A DNA stretch of 64,000 nt from Candidatus Micrarchaeia archaeon (GTDB taxonomy: Archaea > Micrarchaeota > Micrarchaeia > Burarchaeales > JACRGF01), in NCBI GenBank assembly GCA_038890815.1, contig JAWAFC010000003.1, positions 575 through 64,574 on the forward strand. Reading direction: 5' to 3'. Under the pieces are notes generated by a model, which saw only the letters and a program-made list of their open reading frames with translations, was not told where the DNA came from and ran no database searches. Below, piece by piece: positions 34,769-44,270 of the stretch. Each line of letters opens with the position of its first letter. Position 1 is the first letter of the stretch. The position numbers and the translations under genes are program-made.

Positions 34769-35257
34769 CTAGCGTGCTGTCACGAGCAGGAGCAGTGTGT
34801 AGAGCAGGCGCAGCGTCCACTCGAGCGCGATGAGGAAGGCCGCGCTGGCGAGCAATGGGGGAAGGGGAATGGCGGCGGGCGAAAGCGAAAAGGTCAGTAT
34901 GGTGTGGGGGGAGAGCAGGATGGCGGCAAGCAGGGTGAGCGGGATGAGTTTGATGACCTCGTGCGCGATGCGCTCATCGTAATAGGCGAGCAGGCGCGTG
35001 GCTGCGATGACTGACGAGGACAGCGCGATGACCAGCTCGTAGTTCTGGCTCGGGGAGATGAGCAGCAGCGTCAGCGCGAGGATGATGAATGCCACGGCTG
35101 CATACAGGGGAAACAGGATGAGATACTTGAGGAAGAATACTGCGGCGCGGAGGAAGATGCGCACGCGCCTGAATGGCGCGCCTGGCTGCACGCGCGTGTC
35201 GACGCGCACGATGTCACGGTTCTGGAGCAGCAGTATGATCCGCCAGACGATGAGCAT
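34769..35257 (-). CDS. Hypothetical polytopic membrane protein
   Basis: A 162-aa ORF with four hydrophobic segments. Confidence 0.4.
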   Translation of the reverse strand: MLIVWRIILLLQNRDIVRVDTRVQPGAPFRRVRIFLRAAVFFLKYLILFPLYAAVAFIILALTLLLISPSQNYELVIALSSSVIAATRLLAYYDERIAHEVIKLIPLTLLAAILLSPHTILTFSLSPAAIPLPPLLASAAFLIALEWTLRLLYTLLLLVTAR

Positions 35258-35375
35258 GTATGCGGCGATGAAGAGGGTGAGGGTGGATAGGCTCAGGGCA
35301 TAGGCGGCCTCGAGGGGTATGCCAAGCCCCTGCGCGCTCTGTTGAACTGCAGCAGTATAGTTGAATGCGATGTGC

Positions 35376-36413
35376 TCACCTGAAAGGCCTGCTGTCCCTG
35401 CGCAGGCGCAGCGCGCTCGCCGACAGGCCTGCCGTGAGGACGAGCTCGCGATAGATGCGCTCGAGCTCGTCGCGCTCCAGCGCGGCGCGCAGATCGGCCT
35501 CTATGAGCACGGCTGGATAGGCATACTTCTCGTTGATGCAGGCGAGAGCGTAGGTGAGCGATGCCACGGCATCGGGTTGGACAGCGCCCCAGATGAACTC
35601 CGCCCGCAGAGGCCGGTCCTGCGCTCCGGGCTTTACATACAGCACTGCGATACGGCCACCCCAGACGCCAAAATCCTTAAGTATGCTGTGCTGGGCTGTG
35701 GGGGAGGAGAGCGGCAGGGCTGACGTGCGTTCGCCCTTGGCGAGCAGGAAGTGCAGGAAGGAGGTGTCGTTTGCATCGATTGGCTCGCCGAGCGCTCTTG
35801 CGAGCAGCTCGACGAACCTTTTCCCCCGGCTGTCCTTGACTATGCCGATGAGCATGCAGCCGGCTGAGATGGAGAGGTTGTAGAGGGAGATGAAGGCTTC
35901 AACCACCTCTCTGTAGAGCTGCTTGAGCTCGCTCTCCTCCCCGGGCCTGTCTGCGAGCTGAGGCACGAGCGAGCCATCGAGCAGCAGGGCGTGGGGGGAC
36001 CATTTGTTCAGGGCCTCGCTGGCGCAGGCCAGCTCTTTTTTTAGCCTGAAGAGCGACTTGTGCAGGTTGAAATCGTGCGTATCGAGCGCGCTCAGCGAGT
36101 CGGCATCGGGCTCTGGGAAGGCGCCTGGGTGATAGGCATAGTTTACCAGCGCGCCATTGTCATATTCAAACAGCACAGCGACGGCGCGGGACAGCACGAG
36201 GTCAACGCCATGGAACTCCTGGGCCACGAGGCCGCCATCGACGGCAACGATGCGGCCGTTGGGAGGGTTGTACTCCACTTTTCGGATGAGCTCGCGCTCG
36301 AGAGCTTCGGGCAGCAGGAGGTCGGGCTTTTGCCTGAGCGAGGCTGCCAGCTCCTTCCTCCGTCTCTCTCTTTCTGCCGCCTCCTTGAGAATGCGGGCGA
36401 GCTTCTCGCGCAC
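35376..36413 (-). CDS. nurA: NurA-like 5'-3' nuclease (tentative)
   Basis: A 345-aa ORF. The N-terminal IVAVDGGL and later LLLDGSLVP resemble the NurA catalytic Asp motifs. A herA gene lies nearby. Confidence 0.45.
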   Translation of the reverse strand: MREKLARILKEAAERERRRKELAASLRQKPDLLLPEALERELIRKVEYNPPNGRIVAVDGGLVAQEFHGVDLVLSRAVAVLFEYDNGALVNYAYHPGAFPEPDADSLSALDTHDFNLHKSLFRLKKELACASEALNKWSPHALLLDGSLVPQLADRPGEESELKQLYREVVEAFISLYNLSISAGCMLIGIVKDSRGKRFVELLARALGEPIDANDTSFLHFLLAKGERTSALPLSSPTAQHSILKDFGVWGGRIAVLYVKPGAQDRPLRAEFIWGAVQPDAVASLTYALACINEKYAYPAVLIEADLRAALERDELERIYRELVLTAGLSASALRLRRDSRPFR

Positions 36414-36463
36414 GCATTTAAATTGCGCGGTGGTTATTAAAAGCCTGCCAGGGCGGTGTTCCG

Positions 36464-36811
36464 ATGATGAAACAGGTCATCGTGGTGAGGAGCGACCTCA
36501 AGCTCGGTGTGGGGAAGATCGCCGCGCAGGTGGCGCATGCCTCGCTCGAGGCGCTCAGGGCAGCAAAGGCAAAAACGCCAGAAGTGGTTATGGAGTGGGA
36601 GAGGGAAGGGCAGAGGAAGGTTGTGGTGAAGATTGGAGGGGAGAGGGAGTTGCTGGAGCTGTATGAAATGGTGAGGAAGGAGTTGCCATGCGCGCTCATA
36701 CGCGATGCAGGCCTGACGCAGATCCCGCCCGGCACGCCCACTGCGATAGGCATTGGGCCTGGGGAGGAAAAAGTAATAGATAAATATACTGGCAAGCTAA
36801 AACTGCTGTGA
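36464..36811 (+). CDS. pth2: Peptidyl-tRNA hydrolase, archaeal type (Pth2)
   Basis: The sequence KQVIVVRSDLKLGVGKIAAQVAHASL...IRDAGLTQIPPGTPTAIGIGP matches Pth2. Confidence 0.8.
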   Translation: MMKQVIVVRSDLKLGVGKIAAQVAHASLEALRAAKAKTPEVVMEWEREGQRKVVVKIGGERELLELYEMVRKELPCALIRDAGLTQIPPGTPTAIGIGPGEEKVIDKYTGKLKLL

Positions 36812-36820
36812 GGTGGTGCC

Positions 36821-37777
36821 GTGAGAAGGATTGCCACCACAGGCCTCACTCTGAGAGTGCTGCTCACCAGCGCGCTCGTGTTCGGCGTGGTTGCTGGCGT
36901 GCTGGGAGTGCTGCTGTGGAGCAGTGGGGTAAAGGGGGCGGCCGGCATCGGGGCATGGCTGGGCATCTCGCTCATCTTCCTGTTCATTCAGTGGTGGTTC
37001 GGGCCCACGCTCATCCGCTGGAGCACGGGCGCGAGAGAGGTGAGCGAGCGCGAGGCTCCACAGCTCCATGCGCTCGTGAGCAGACTTGCCAAGCTGGCTG
37101 GTGTGCCGAAGCCAAAGCTCCTCATTGTCAACAGCCCAACACCAAATGCCTTTGCCTTTGGCAGAACGCAGGCCTCGAGTTATGTTGCCGTGCACACGGG
37201 CCTGCTTGAGAGGCTGAATAAGGAGGAGGTTGAAGCTGTGCTGGCGCATGAGATAGCACACATCCGGCACAGGGATGTGGCTGTCATGACGGTCGCCAGC
37301 ACCCTGCCGGTCATGCTTTACTATGCCTTCATATTGTTTGGGGGCTCCCTGCTCGGGGGGAGGGATAGGGAGGATAGGATGGGTTACATCACGGTATGGC
37401 TTGGGGCCATGCTCGCCCAGTTTCTCGGCACGCTGCTCGTGATGTTCCTTTCGAGAATGCGCGAATACTATGCCGATGCTTTCTCGGCGTATGCCACGGG
37501 CAAACCGCTTGCGCTTGCCAGCGCGCTGGTAAAAATAACATATTTCCCGGCGAGGGAGGCGCGCAGTCCTGTCATGGCGCTTTATGTTGCCGAGCCGGGC
37601 GCGCGCGGCCTCTCGCACGAGTTGGCCACTGCCATCGCGCACGGGGATGAGCGTGCATTGCACGAGGCCATTGAAAGAGAGAAGGAGCGTGGAGCACTTG
37701 AGCTTTTCATGACGCATCCGTTAACCTGGAAAAGGCTCAGCGCGCTGATGAGGATATACAGGGAGATGGCCGCCTAG
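36821..37777 (+). CDS. htpX: M48-family zinc metalloprotease HtpX homolog
   Basis: It has N-terminal TM segments, a HEIAHIRHRD (HExxH) motif and further C-terminal TM helices. Confidence 0.75.
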   Translation: MRRIATTGLTLRVLLTSALVFGVVAGVLGVLLWSSGVKGAAGIGAWLGISLIFLFIQWWFGPTLIRWSTGAREVSEREAPQLHALVSRLAKLAGVPKPKLLIVNSPTPNAFAFGRTQASSYVAVHTGLLERLNKEEVEAVLAHEIAHIRHRDVAVMTVASTLPVMLYYAFILFGGSLLGGRDREDRMGYITVWLGAMLAQFLGTLLVMFLSRMREYYADAFSAYATGKPLALASALVKITYFPAREARSPVMALYVAEPGARGLSHELATAIAHGDERALHEAIEREKERGALELFMTHPLTWKRLSALMRIYREMAA

Positions 37778-39678
37778 ATGCCGAGCTCTACTTTTGCCCT
37801 GAGTATTTCGGCGACGCTCCAGGCCTGCGAGAAGCAGCCATCGGGCCTCAGCGAGTCGGCCTCAAAAAGCTCGCTGACAGTGCCAAGGCCGTGCACGCGC
37901 AGGTGGTCTTCAAAGGGCTGCAGAAAAGGTGCCAGCTCGATGTGCGGCATGAGACGACGCATGGCGAGCAGGAATGCTCCCAGCAGCCAGGGCCACACTG
38001 CCCCTTGATGATAGGCGGCATCGCGCTCTCTCAGCGTGCCCCTATAAAATGGCCGGTAGTTTGGGTCTTTCGGGGAGAGCGTGCGCAGGCCGAGGGGAGT
38101 GTAGAGCTCCTGCCAGACTTTTCTGAGAACGAGGAGCTCCTTTTCCTCCTCAAGCGGCCTGAATGGCAGCGATAGCGCGATGAGCTGGTTTGGCCTGACA
38201 GAGGCATCGTTCGGCTCGATGACATCGTAAAGGCAGAGCTCGGCCTCATTCCAGAACTTCTGAAATGAGGCCTTTGCCATGCGCGCTGCTCGGGTGCATT
38301 CGCTGGCAAAGGCCGCATCGCCAAAGGCGTTGGCAAAATGTTCGCCAATGCGCAGAGCGTTGTACCACAGCGCGTTCACCTCCACGGGCTTGCCGGCCCT
38401 CGGGGTAACGGGCTGGCCGTCGATGCGGGCGTCCATCCAGGTGAGGCCTGCCGCCAGCGATAGCAGGCCATCCTTATCGAGCGTGATGCCGGGAAGGCCG
38501 TGCGCATAGGAGCGGATGATTTCTTTTATTTTGGGATAGAGCTCCTTCTCGATGAAGGAAAGGTCGCCCGAGGCGCTGGCGTATGCATAGGCGGCATTGA
38601 TGAACCACAGCGAGGCATCGGCCGAATTCACGGCCACCCCTTCTGGGGTTATCAGATTGGGCACGAGCGGGTTGGCGAGCAGCGCGAAGTGTCGCAACAC
38701 AGCGCGCGCCTCCTCAAACCGCTTGCTTGTAAGCAGGAGGCCGGGCAGAGCGATCATGGCATCGCGGCCCCATTCGCCGAACCAGGGATAGCCAGCCAGT
38801 ATGGTTGCTCCATGCTTTGTTCTGGCAAGGAAGGAATCGGCCGCCAGCGCGAGGGCGGTGGCGAGCTCGCTCTGCCGAATTCCAGTGTTGGCATAAAACG
38901 TGACTGCCGTGCGCTGGAGCCTTGCGCGCTCAAGCTCGATCAGCTCAGCAGGCCTGGGATGGGAGGTGGGCTCTGTGGTGCACACGATGTGGAAGCTCGT
39001 CTCGCCCCTGGGCAGTGCCAGCTCGAAGCTTCCCGGAGCAAACAGGTCCTCCTCAAACGCCTCCCCTCTCTCTTCATCGAGAGGATAGCGGATGTTGTAA
39101 AAGATGGTTGGGCTTGGCCTGAATTCGGCCAGGTCGCTCGAGATGCGGAGTGAGAGGGTGGGGAAGGAGAGCGTGAGCTCCCTCCATGCCTGCCTGGCCT
39201 CGTGCTGTGGCATCCCTCTCTTCAGCTCATGCGGCCTTCGATTGGTTATGAGTGGCGTTACCGAAAACTTCGCCGGGCGCTGGAGGGAGAAGGCATAGCA
39301 GAGCACGACAGTGTTCTCGCCGTGCACGAGCGCAATCGTTTTCTCAATGCGCGCATCGCCGAAGTCAAAGCGCGCGCGCGGAAGGGGGTCGAGCACAAAG
39401 CGCGTGATGCCGCCGAAGCCCTGGGGATGCACGGCGCCGGGATAGATGTTCGTAGATAGGGAAAAGCGCTCGCCATCCAGCTCGAGCCAATCCTCTGTGT
39501 TGGCCAGCAGCAGTGTGCGCCTGAGCGAGGGCTCGCTGGCCACCAGCAGGCCGTGCCATTTGCGCGCATTGCACAGAATGGCCGTTGAGGAGGCCCACCC
39601 TCCCAGGCCGTTTGACAGAAGCCACTCCCTCCTCAGTCCGGCCTCAAGGGAGAGCTCGGCTTTCCCCAGCGCGAGCAT
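37774..39678 (-). CDS. Glycogen debranching enzyme, archaeal type (amylo-alpha-1,6-glucosidase, GDE_C family)
   Basis: A 634-aa ORF in which ILAGYPWFGEWGRDAMIALPGLLL is characteristic of the GDE_C family. Confidence 0.7.
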   Translation of the reverse strand: MLALGKAELSLEAGLRREWLLSNGLGGWASSTAILCNARKWHGLLVASEPSLRRTLLLANTEDWLELDGERFSLSTNIYPGAVHPQGFGGITRFVLDPLPRARFDFGDARIEKTIALVHGENTVVLCYAFSLQRPAKFSVTPLITNRRPHELKRGMPQHEARQAWRELTLSFPTLSLRISSDLAEFRPSPTIFYNIRYPLDEERGEAFEEDLFAPGSFELALPRGETSFHIVCTTEPTSHPRPAELIELERARLQRTAVTFYANTGIRQSELATALALAADSFLARTKHGATILAGYPWFGEWGRDAMIALPGLLLTSKRFEEARAVLRHFALLANPLVPNLITPEGVAVNSADASLWFINAAYAYASASGDLSFIEKELYPKIKEIIRSYAHGLPGITLDKDGLLSLAAGLTWMDARIDGQPVTPRAGKPVEVNALWYNALRIGEHFANAFGDAAFASECTRAARMAKASFQKFWNEAELCLYDVIEPNDASVRPNQLIALSLPFRPLEEEKELLVLRKVWQELYTPLGLRTLSPKDPNYRPFYRGTLRERDAAYHQGAVWPWLLGAFLLAMRRLMPHIELAPFLQPFEDHLRVHGLGTVSELFEADSLRPDGCFSQAWSVAEILRAKVELGI

Positions 39679-39715
39679 GAAACAGGGTGGTGGTACTATT
39701 TATTAAAGCAGCTGC

Positions 39716-40408
39716 TCAGGTGGCAAGCTGCTCTTCTATAATGCGCTTGAAGGTGGCATAGGGCTGCGCGCCCACGACAACACGGCCGTTGATGAAAAAA
39801 GTTGGCGTGCCGCGCACGCCGTTGGCGAGCCCCTCGCTCTGGTGGGCTGCCACAATGCTCGCCTTCTGCCTGCTCTCAAGGCAGGCGGTGAAGCGCGGCA
39901 TATCGAGCGAGAGGTTTGCGGCGAGGGCGATGAATGAGCCCTCGCTGAGTGAGGCCTGATTGGCGAACAGGAGGTCGTGGTATTCCCAGAAATGCCCCTG
40001 CTCGCCGGCACACTCGGCGGCCTCGGCGGCCATCACGGCCAGCGGGTGTATGTTTTCGAGTGGAAAGTGCTTGTAGACGAAGCGCGCTTTTCCCGTTGAG
40101 AGGAAATCGCGCTGTATGGCCGGCAGGACTGCCCGCCAGAACTCGGCGCAGAATGGACACTGAAAGTCGCTGTACTCGACGATGACGACAGGCGCTGAGG
40201 GCTCGCCCATCGCCCAGGCATTGGAAAAATTGATTCTCGGCTGCGCGGAGGGTTTGGAAGGCGCTGTCTGATTTTGCTGGCAAGGCGTTTGCCACGCGCT
40301 CGCATAGATGGATGCCGCTATGAGGATGCCTGCGATCACTATGGCGAGCGCGATGAGCTTGGCATCGTCGGATATCTTCATTGTGCTCCCCCGAGCAGCG
40401 CCTCCCAC
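39716..40408 (-). CDS. DsbA-like thiol:disulfide oxidoreductase (thioredoxin fold), membrane-anchored or secreted
   Basis: It has an N-terminal hydrophobic segment, CPFC in EYSDFQCPFCAEF, and a C-terminal cis-Pro region GTPTFFINGR. Confidence 0.6.
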   Translation of the reverse strand: MGGAARGSTMKISDDAKLIALAIVIAGILIAASIYASAWQTPCQQNQTAPSKPSAQPRINFSNAWAMGEPSAPVVIVEYSDFQCPFCAEFWRAVLPAIQRDFLSTGKARFVYKHFPLENIHPLAVMAAEAAECAGEQGHFWEYHDLLFANQASLSEGSFIALAANLSLDMPRFTACLESRQKASIVAAHQSEGLANGVRGTPTFFINGRVVVGAQPYATFKRIIEEQLAT

Positions 40409-41016
40409 TCGCTCTGCGACAGCGCGCCGACAGCGCGCTTTCCATTAACAAAAAATGTCGGGGTGGCGCTCACTTTAAAGCGCGAGCCCTCGGCGGCATC
40501 CGACAGCACCTTTGGCAGCGCTGTGTGATTTGCCATGCAGGCATCAAAGCGCGACAGGTCAAGATTCAGCGAGGCGGCCAGAGCGCGCAGCCTGGCGTCG
40601 GAAAAGTCTGGCGCGCGGAATGCCCGCTGCGCGGCGATGTTTTCGGCGAACAGGAGGTCGTGGTATTCCCAGAAATGCCCCTGCTCGCCGGCACACTCGG
40701 CGGCCTCGGCGGCCGCACAGGCACGCGCATGGCCAGTGCCATGCAGGGCTGGATTGCAGGCGCTGTTGAGCGGGAAGTGCTTGTAGATGAACCGCACGCG
40801 CTGGCCATGGACGGCGAGCATGCGCGCGGCGCTGTCAGCGGCGAGGCCGCAGAATGGGCATTCGAAGTCACTGTATTCCACAACGGTGATGGGAGCATTG
40901 GGGTTTCCTCTGACGTGTGCGCCTGTCAGGTTGAAGGCATCGGCGGGCACATCGGGCCCTCCGCCCGCACAGCCGAGCAGGAAAATTGCGCACAGCAGCA
41001 CGGCCCGCATGCCCAT
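40378..41016 (-). CDS. Second DsbA-like thiol:disulfide oxidoreductase
   Basis: It has the lipobox-like LLGCAGG, then EYSDFECPFCGLA and ATPTFFVNGK. It overlaps the downstream paralog by 31 nt. Confidence 0.6.
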   Translation of the reverse strand: MGMRAVLLCAIFLLGCAGGGPDVPADAFNLTGAHVRGNPNAPITVVEYSDFECPFCGLAADSAARMLAVHGQRVRFIYKHFPLNSACNPALHGTGHARACAAAEAAECAGEQGHFWEYHDLLFAENIAAQRAFRAPDFSDARLRALAASLNLDLSRFDACMANHTALPKVLSDAAEGSRFKVSATPTFFVNGKRAVGALSQSEWEALLGGAQ

Positions 41017-41035
41017 ACATTGGCAACCTTTTTTT

Positions 41036-41329
41036 TTATTTTGTCATCGCACGCACGCGCTCGGTAGCGCGCGCCAGCAACGAGCTGACATCGATCTGCC
41101 ACACGAAATACAGGAGGGCAAAGAACAGCAGCACGAGCGCGAGAAGGAAGAGCTTTCTGTTAATCAGATAGAGAAAGGCCAGAGCGGAGAGTGTCAGTAT
41201 GGCCACAGCGATGTAGATGACGAGCTGCAATGGAAACAGAAAGAGCAACCCGGCGTCTATGAGCAGCGTGGCCACGATGACTTTGAGAAAAAATGCGAGG
41301 GTTTTTTTATCCACCATCGCTGGCCTCAT
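41036..41329 (-). CDS. Small membrane protein
   Basis: A 97-aa ORF with three hydrophobic helices. Its stop/start is coupled with ilvE. Confidence 0.35.
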   Translation of the reverse strand: MRPAMVDKKTLAFFLKVIVATLLIDAGLLFLFPLQLVIYIAVAILTLSALAFLYLINRKLFLLALVLLFFALLYFVWQIDVSSLLARATERVRAMTK

Positions 41330-42240
41330 ACGAAGTCAAGCCAGGCAAGATATTTCTTATCTTTGCCCTTGACTATGTCGAAGAACTTGCTCTGAATTTT
41401 CTCTGTTATCGGCCCGCGGCCGCCATTGCCTATCACGCGGCCATCCACCTCACGGATGGGTGTGACCTCGGCGGCAGTGCCGGTGAAGAAGGCCTCATCG
41501 GCCGTGAATATCTCCTCGCGCGGTAGCTCGCGCTCAACGACAGGGATGCCCATGTCGCGCGCTATGCGTATCACGCTGTCGCGCGTTATGCCGTACAGGA
41601 TGCCGGAGGAGGGTGGGGGTGTGATGAGCGTGCCGCGGCTGACGATGAAAATGTTCTCGCCGGGCCCCTCGCTGATGAGGCCGTTGATGTTTGGCACAAG
41701 GGCCTCATCATAGCCGCACTGCAGCGCCTCGAGTTTGGCCAGCACTGAGTTGAAGTAGTTGGCTGTGGCTTTGGCCTGTGGGGGCAGGATGCGCGTATCG
41801 ATGCGGCACCATGATGAGATCTTGCAGCGCACGCCGCGTCGCAGCCCTTCCTCGCCGAGATAGGTGCCCCATGGCCACACCGCGATGGCCACATCAACGG
41901 GGTTCTTGAGTGGATTCAGGCCCATCTCGCCATAGCCATAGAAGGCGATGGGGCGGATGTAGCAGGACTTGAGCTTGTTGGCGCGGATGAGCCGAAGCGT
42001 GGCCTCGTACAGCTCCCTCTCGGAATACGGGATTTTCATGAGGTAGATTTTTGCGGAGTTGAAAAGCCTGCGCAGATGGTCCTTGAGGCGGAAGACTGCC
42101 GGGCCCTTTTGAGTCTCATAGCAGCGTATGCCCTCAAAAACGCCCGTGCCGTAGTGCAGGGCATGCGTAAGCACGTGCACCTTTGCCTCCTTCCATGGTA
42201 CGAGCTTTCCGTTGAACCAGATGAACTCGGTCTCGATCAT
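41326..42240 (-). CDS. ilvE: Branched-chain amino acid aminotransferase (fold type IV)
   Basis: The sequence [13 protein letters not shown]...[17 protein letters not shown]...[10 protein letters not shown] matches class IV aminotransferases. Confidence 0.8.
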   Translation of the reverse strand: MIETEFIWFNGKLVPWKEAKVHVLTHALHYGTGVFEGIRCYETQKGPAVFRLKDHLRRLFNSAKIYLMKIPYSERELYEATLRLIRANKLKSCYIRPIAFYGYGEMGLNPLKNPVDVAIAVWPWGTYLGEEGLRRGVRCKISSWCRIDTRILPPQAKATANYFNSVLAKLEALQCGYDEALVPNINGLISEGPGENIFIVSRGTLITPPPSSGILYGITRDSVIRIARDMGIPVVERELPREEIFTADEAFFTGTAAEVTPIREVDGRVIGNGGRGPITEKIQSKFFDIVKGKDKKYLAWLDFV

Positions 42241-42296
42241 GCGCGCACCTCCACAAACGTTTAAGAATATGAGATTAAAACTTTTTTCGGGGGAGC

Positions 42297-43337
42297 ATGG
42301 CTATCGTCGAGGCCATAGCCAAACTCGTGGAGAGGCGCGACCTGACGCCCGCAGAGGCAGAGGCTGCCATGGCCGAGATAATGCGGGGGGAGGCCAGCGA
42401 GGCGCAGATAGCGGCCTTCCTGACCGCGCTGAGGATGAAGGGGGAGACGGTTGGTGAGATTGCGGCTTTCGCGCGCGTGATGAGGGCGAACTGCGTCAAG
42501 GTGGCCACGAGCGTGCCCACCATCGATACGTGTGGCACGGGGGGCGATGCCATAAAGACATTCAATGTCAGCACGTGCGCGGCCTTTGTGCTGGCAGGCG
42601 CAGGCCTGTATGTGGCAAAGCACGGCAATAGGGCTGTGACCAGCAGGGCGGGCAGTGCCGATGTGCTCGAGGAGCTGGGGGTCAATCTGAACCTGCCAGC
42701 CGCAGCCTGGGCTGGGGTGCTTGAGAAGGTGGGCATCGCATTCCTGTTCGCGCCCGTCTTCCACCCAGCCATGCGCCATGCGGTCAAGCCGCGCCGTGAC
42801 ATCCGCATCAGAACGGTGTTCAATGTGCTGGGGCCCATCACCAATCCCTTTGGGGCCAAGAGGCAGATCATGGGTGTGTATGCGCCAGAGCTGGTGGAGA
42901 AGATGGCTCATGTGCTCAAGGAGCTCGGCTGTGAGAGGGGATTTGTGGTGCACGGCATGGATGGCATCGATGAGGTATCGATCGTAGGCCGTACGCTGGT
43001 CGCCGAGATAGGCGCCGGCGAGGTGAGAAAGAGGGAGGTTGTGCCCGAGGATTTTGGCCTGCGCAGGGCGAGCGTTGAGGATATCTTGGGCGGCGATGCG
43101 GCCACCAACGCGCGCATCATAATCAGCATACTCAAAGGGGAAAAGGGCCCGCGCAGGGATGTTGTGGTGGCAAATGCCGCGCTTGGACTGATTGCCGGCG
43201 GCAAGGCCTTCGAGCTCCGTGAAGCAGTGGCAAAGGCGGAGAGGGCAATTGACTCGGGCAGGGCGCTCGCCAAACTCAGGGCACTCGTGACCGAGAGCGG
43301 AGGAAGCGAGGAGAAGCTGCGGGCGGCAGGAGCCTGA
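42297..43337 (+). CDS. trpD: Anthranilate phosphoribosyltransferase
   Basis: It has the motifs [27 protein letters not shown] and [18 protein letters not shown]. Confidence 0.85.
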   Translation: MAIVEAIAKLVERRDLTPAEAEAAMAEIMRGEASEAQIAAFLTALRMKGETVGEIAAFARVMRANCVKVATSVPTIDTCGTGGDAIKTFNVSTCAAFVLAGAGLYVAKHGNRAVTSRAGSADVLEELGVNLNLPAAAWAGVLEKVGIAFLFAPVFHPAMRHAVKPRRDIRIRTVFNVLGPITNPFGAKRQIMGVYAPELVEKMAHVLKELGCERGFVVHGMDGIDEVSIVGRTLVAEIGAGEVRKREVVPEDFGLRRASVEDILGGDAATNARIIISILKGEKGPRRDVVVANAALGLIAGGKAFELREAVAKAERAIDSGRALAKLRALVTESGGSEEKLRAAGA

Positions 43338-43341
43338 GCGC

Positions 43342-44136
43342 ATGAGCTCCTTTCTGAAAAGAGTCATCCCGGGGATAGGAAGGCTGATCGACAGCGGCTA
43401 TTATGATGTGAGGTTCCCGCGCAAGGCAAGGCGCTCGCTGTTGGGCGCGGTGAGGGGAGCGGTGCGGGGCTCGGTGCCGCTCATCGCGGAGATAAAACCA
43501 GCCTCGCCGAGCGCCGGAAAGCTGTTCCAAGGGGATGTGCGCGAGGCCGCCCGTGCCATGGTCGCGGGCGGGGCGATCGCGCTGTCCGTGCTCACAGAGC
43601 CGAGATTTTTTGGTGGCAGCACATGGCTGCTGGCCGAGGACCTTGGCGTGCCGCTGCTACAGAAAGATTTCATAATCAGCGAGCGGCAGTTCCTCGGCGG
43701 GGCCGATGCCATCCTGCTCATTCAGTCGCTGCTCGATGCAGTTGGGGTCGATGCCGACGGGCTCATCGAGAAGGCGCATGCCAGGGGGCTCGAGGTGCTG
43801 CTCGAGGTCCATACGCTGGAGGAGTTCAGAAAGGCAAAAAACACGGATGCCGACCTCATCGGAATAAATAACAGGAGCCTGGCGAGCCTGAGGGTTGATC
43901 TTGGTGTGACGGAAAGGATACTGCGTGCCGAGGCGAAGGATAGACCGGTTGTCAGCGAGAGCGGCGTGCGGAGCAGGGCCGATGCGCTGAGGATGCTCAG
44001 GGCCGGTGCCGATGCCGTGCTGGTGGGCACGAGCCTGCTACGGGCTCGTGATGTTGAGAGGAAAGTAAGGGAAATCGTGTGGGGTATGGGCCCGAGGAGA
44101 TTTCCGCCAAAGGGAGAGAAATCCCCCCTGTTTTGA
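43342..44136 (+). CDS. trpC: Indole-3-glycerol phosphate synthase
   Basis: It carries LIAEIKPASPSAG, GINNRSLASLRVDL and ESGV. The last ~14 codons overlap a minus-strand tRNA gene. Confidence 0.8.
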   Translation: MSSFLKRVIPGIGRLIDSGYYDVRFPRKARRSLLGAVRGAVRGSVPLIAEIKPASPSAGKLFQGDVREAARAMVAGGAIALSVLTEPRFFGGSTWLLAEDLGVPLLQKDFIISERQFLGGADAILLIQSLLDAVGVDADGLIEKAHARGLEVLLEVHTLEEFRKAKNTDADLIGINNRSLASLRVDLGVTERILRAEAKDRPVVSESGVRSRADALRMLRAGADAVLVGTSLLRARDVERKVREIVWGMGPRRFPPKGEKSPLF

Positions 44137-44234
44137 ACTCCTGACCCGCGGCTGTCGCAGGCGCTCTCGCCAGATTTGTGTGCAAGAGAGCGTCGTATAA
44201 GACCGCTGCTCTGACCTGGCTGAGCTACGGGCCC
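44087..44234 (-). tRNA. Intron-containing tRNA: a ~42-nt insert in the anticodon loop and a ~31-nt insert after the T-loop (~59/60). The anticodon is unresolved (UAU if the intron is at 37/38; GCG if early in the loop)
   Basis: Read on the minus strand it gives acceptor GGGCCCG/CGGGCCC, D-stem GCTC/GAGC with loop AGCCAGGTCA, and anticodon stem GCGGT/GCCGC. The variable loop is GGGTC, the T-stem AGGAG/CTCCT with loop TTCAAAA, and the discriminator A. All stems complement perfectly once the two inserts are removed. Confidence 0.6.
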
Positions 44235-44270
44235 GCAAGATGTATATTATTACCATATTAAAATTATTTC

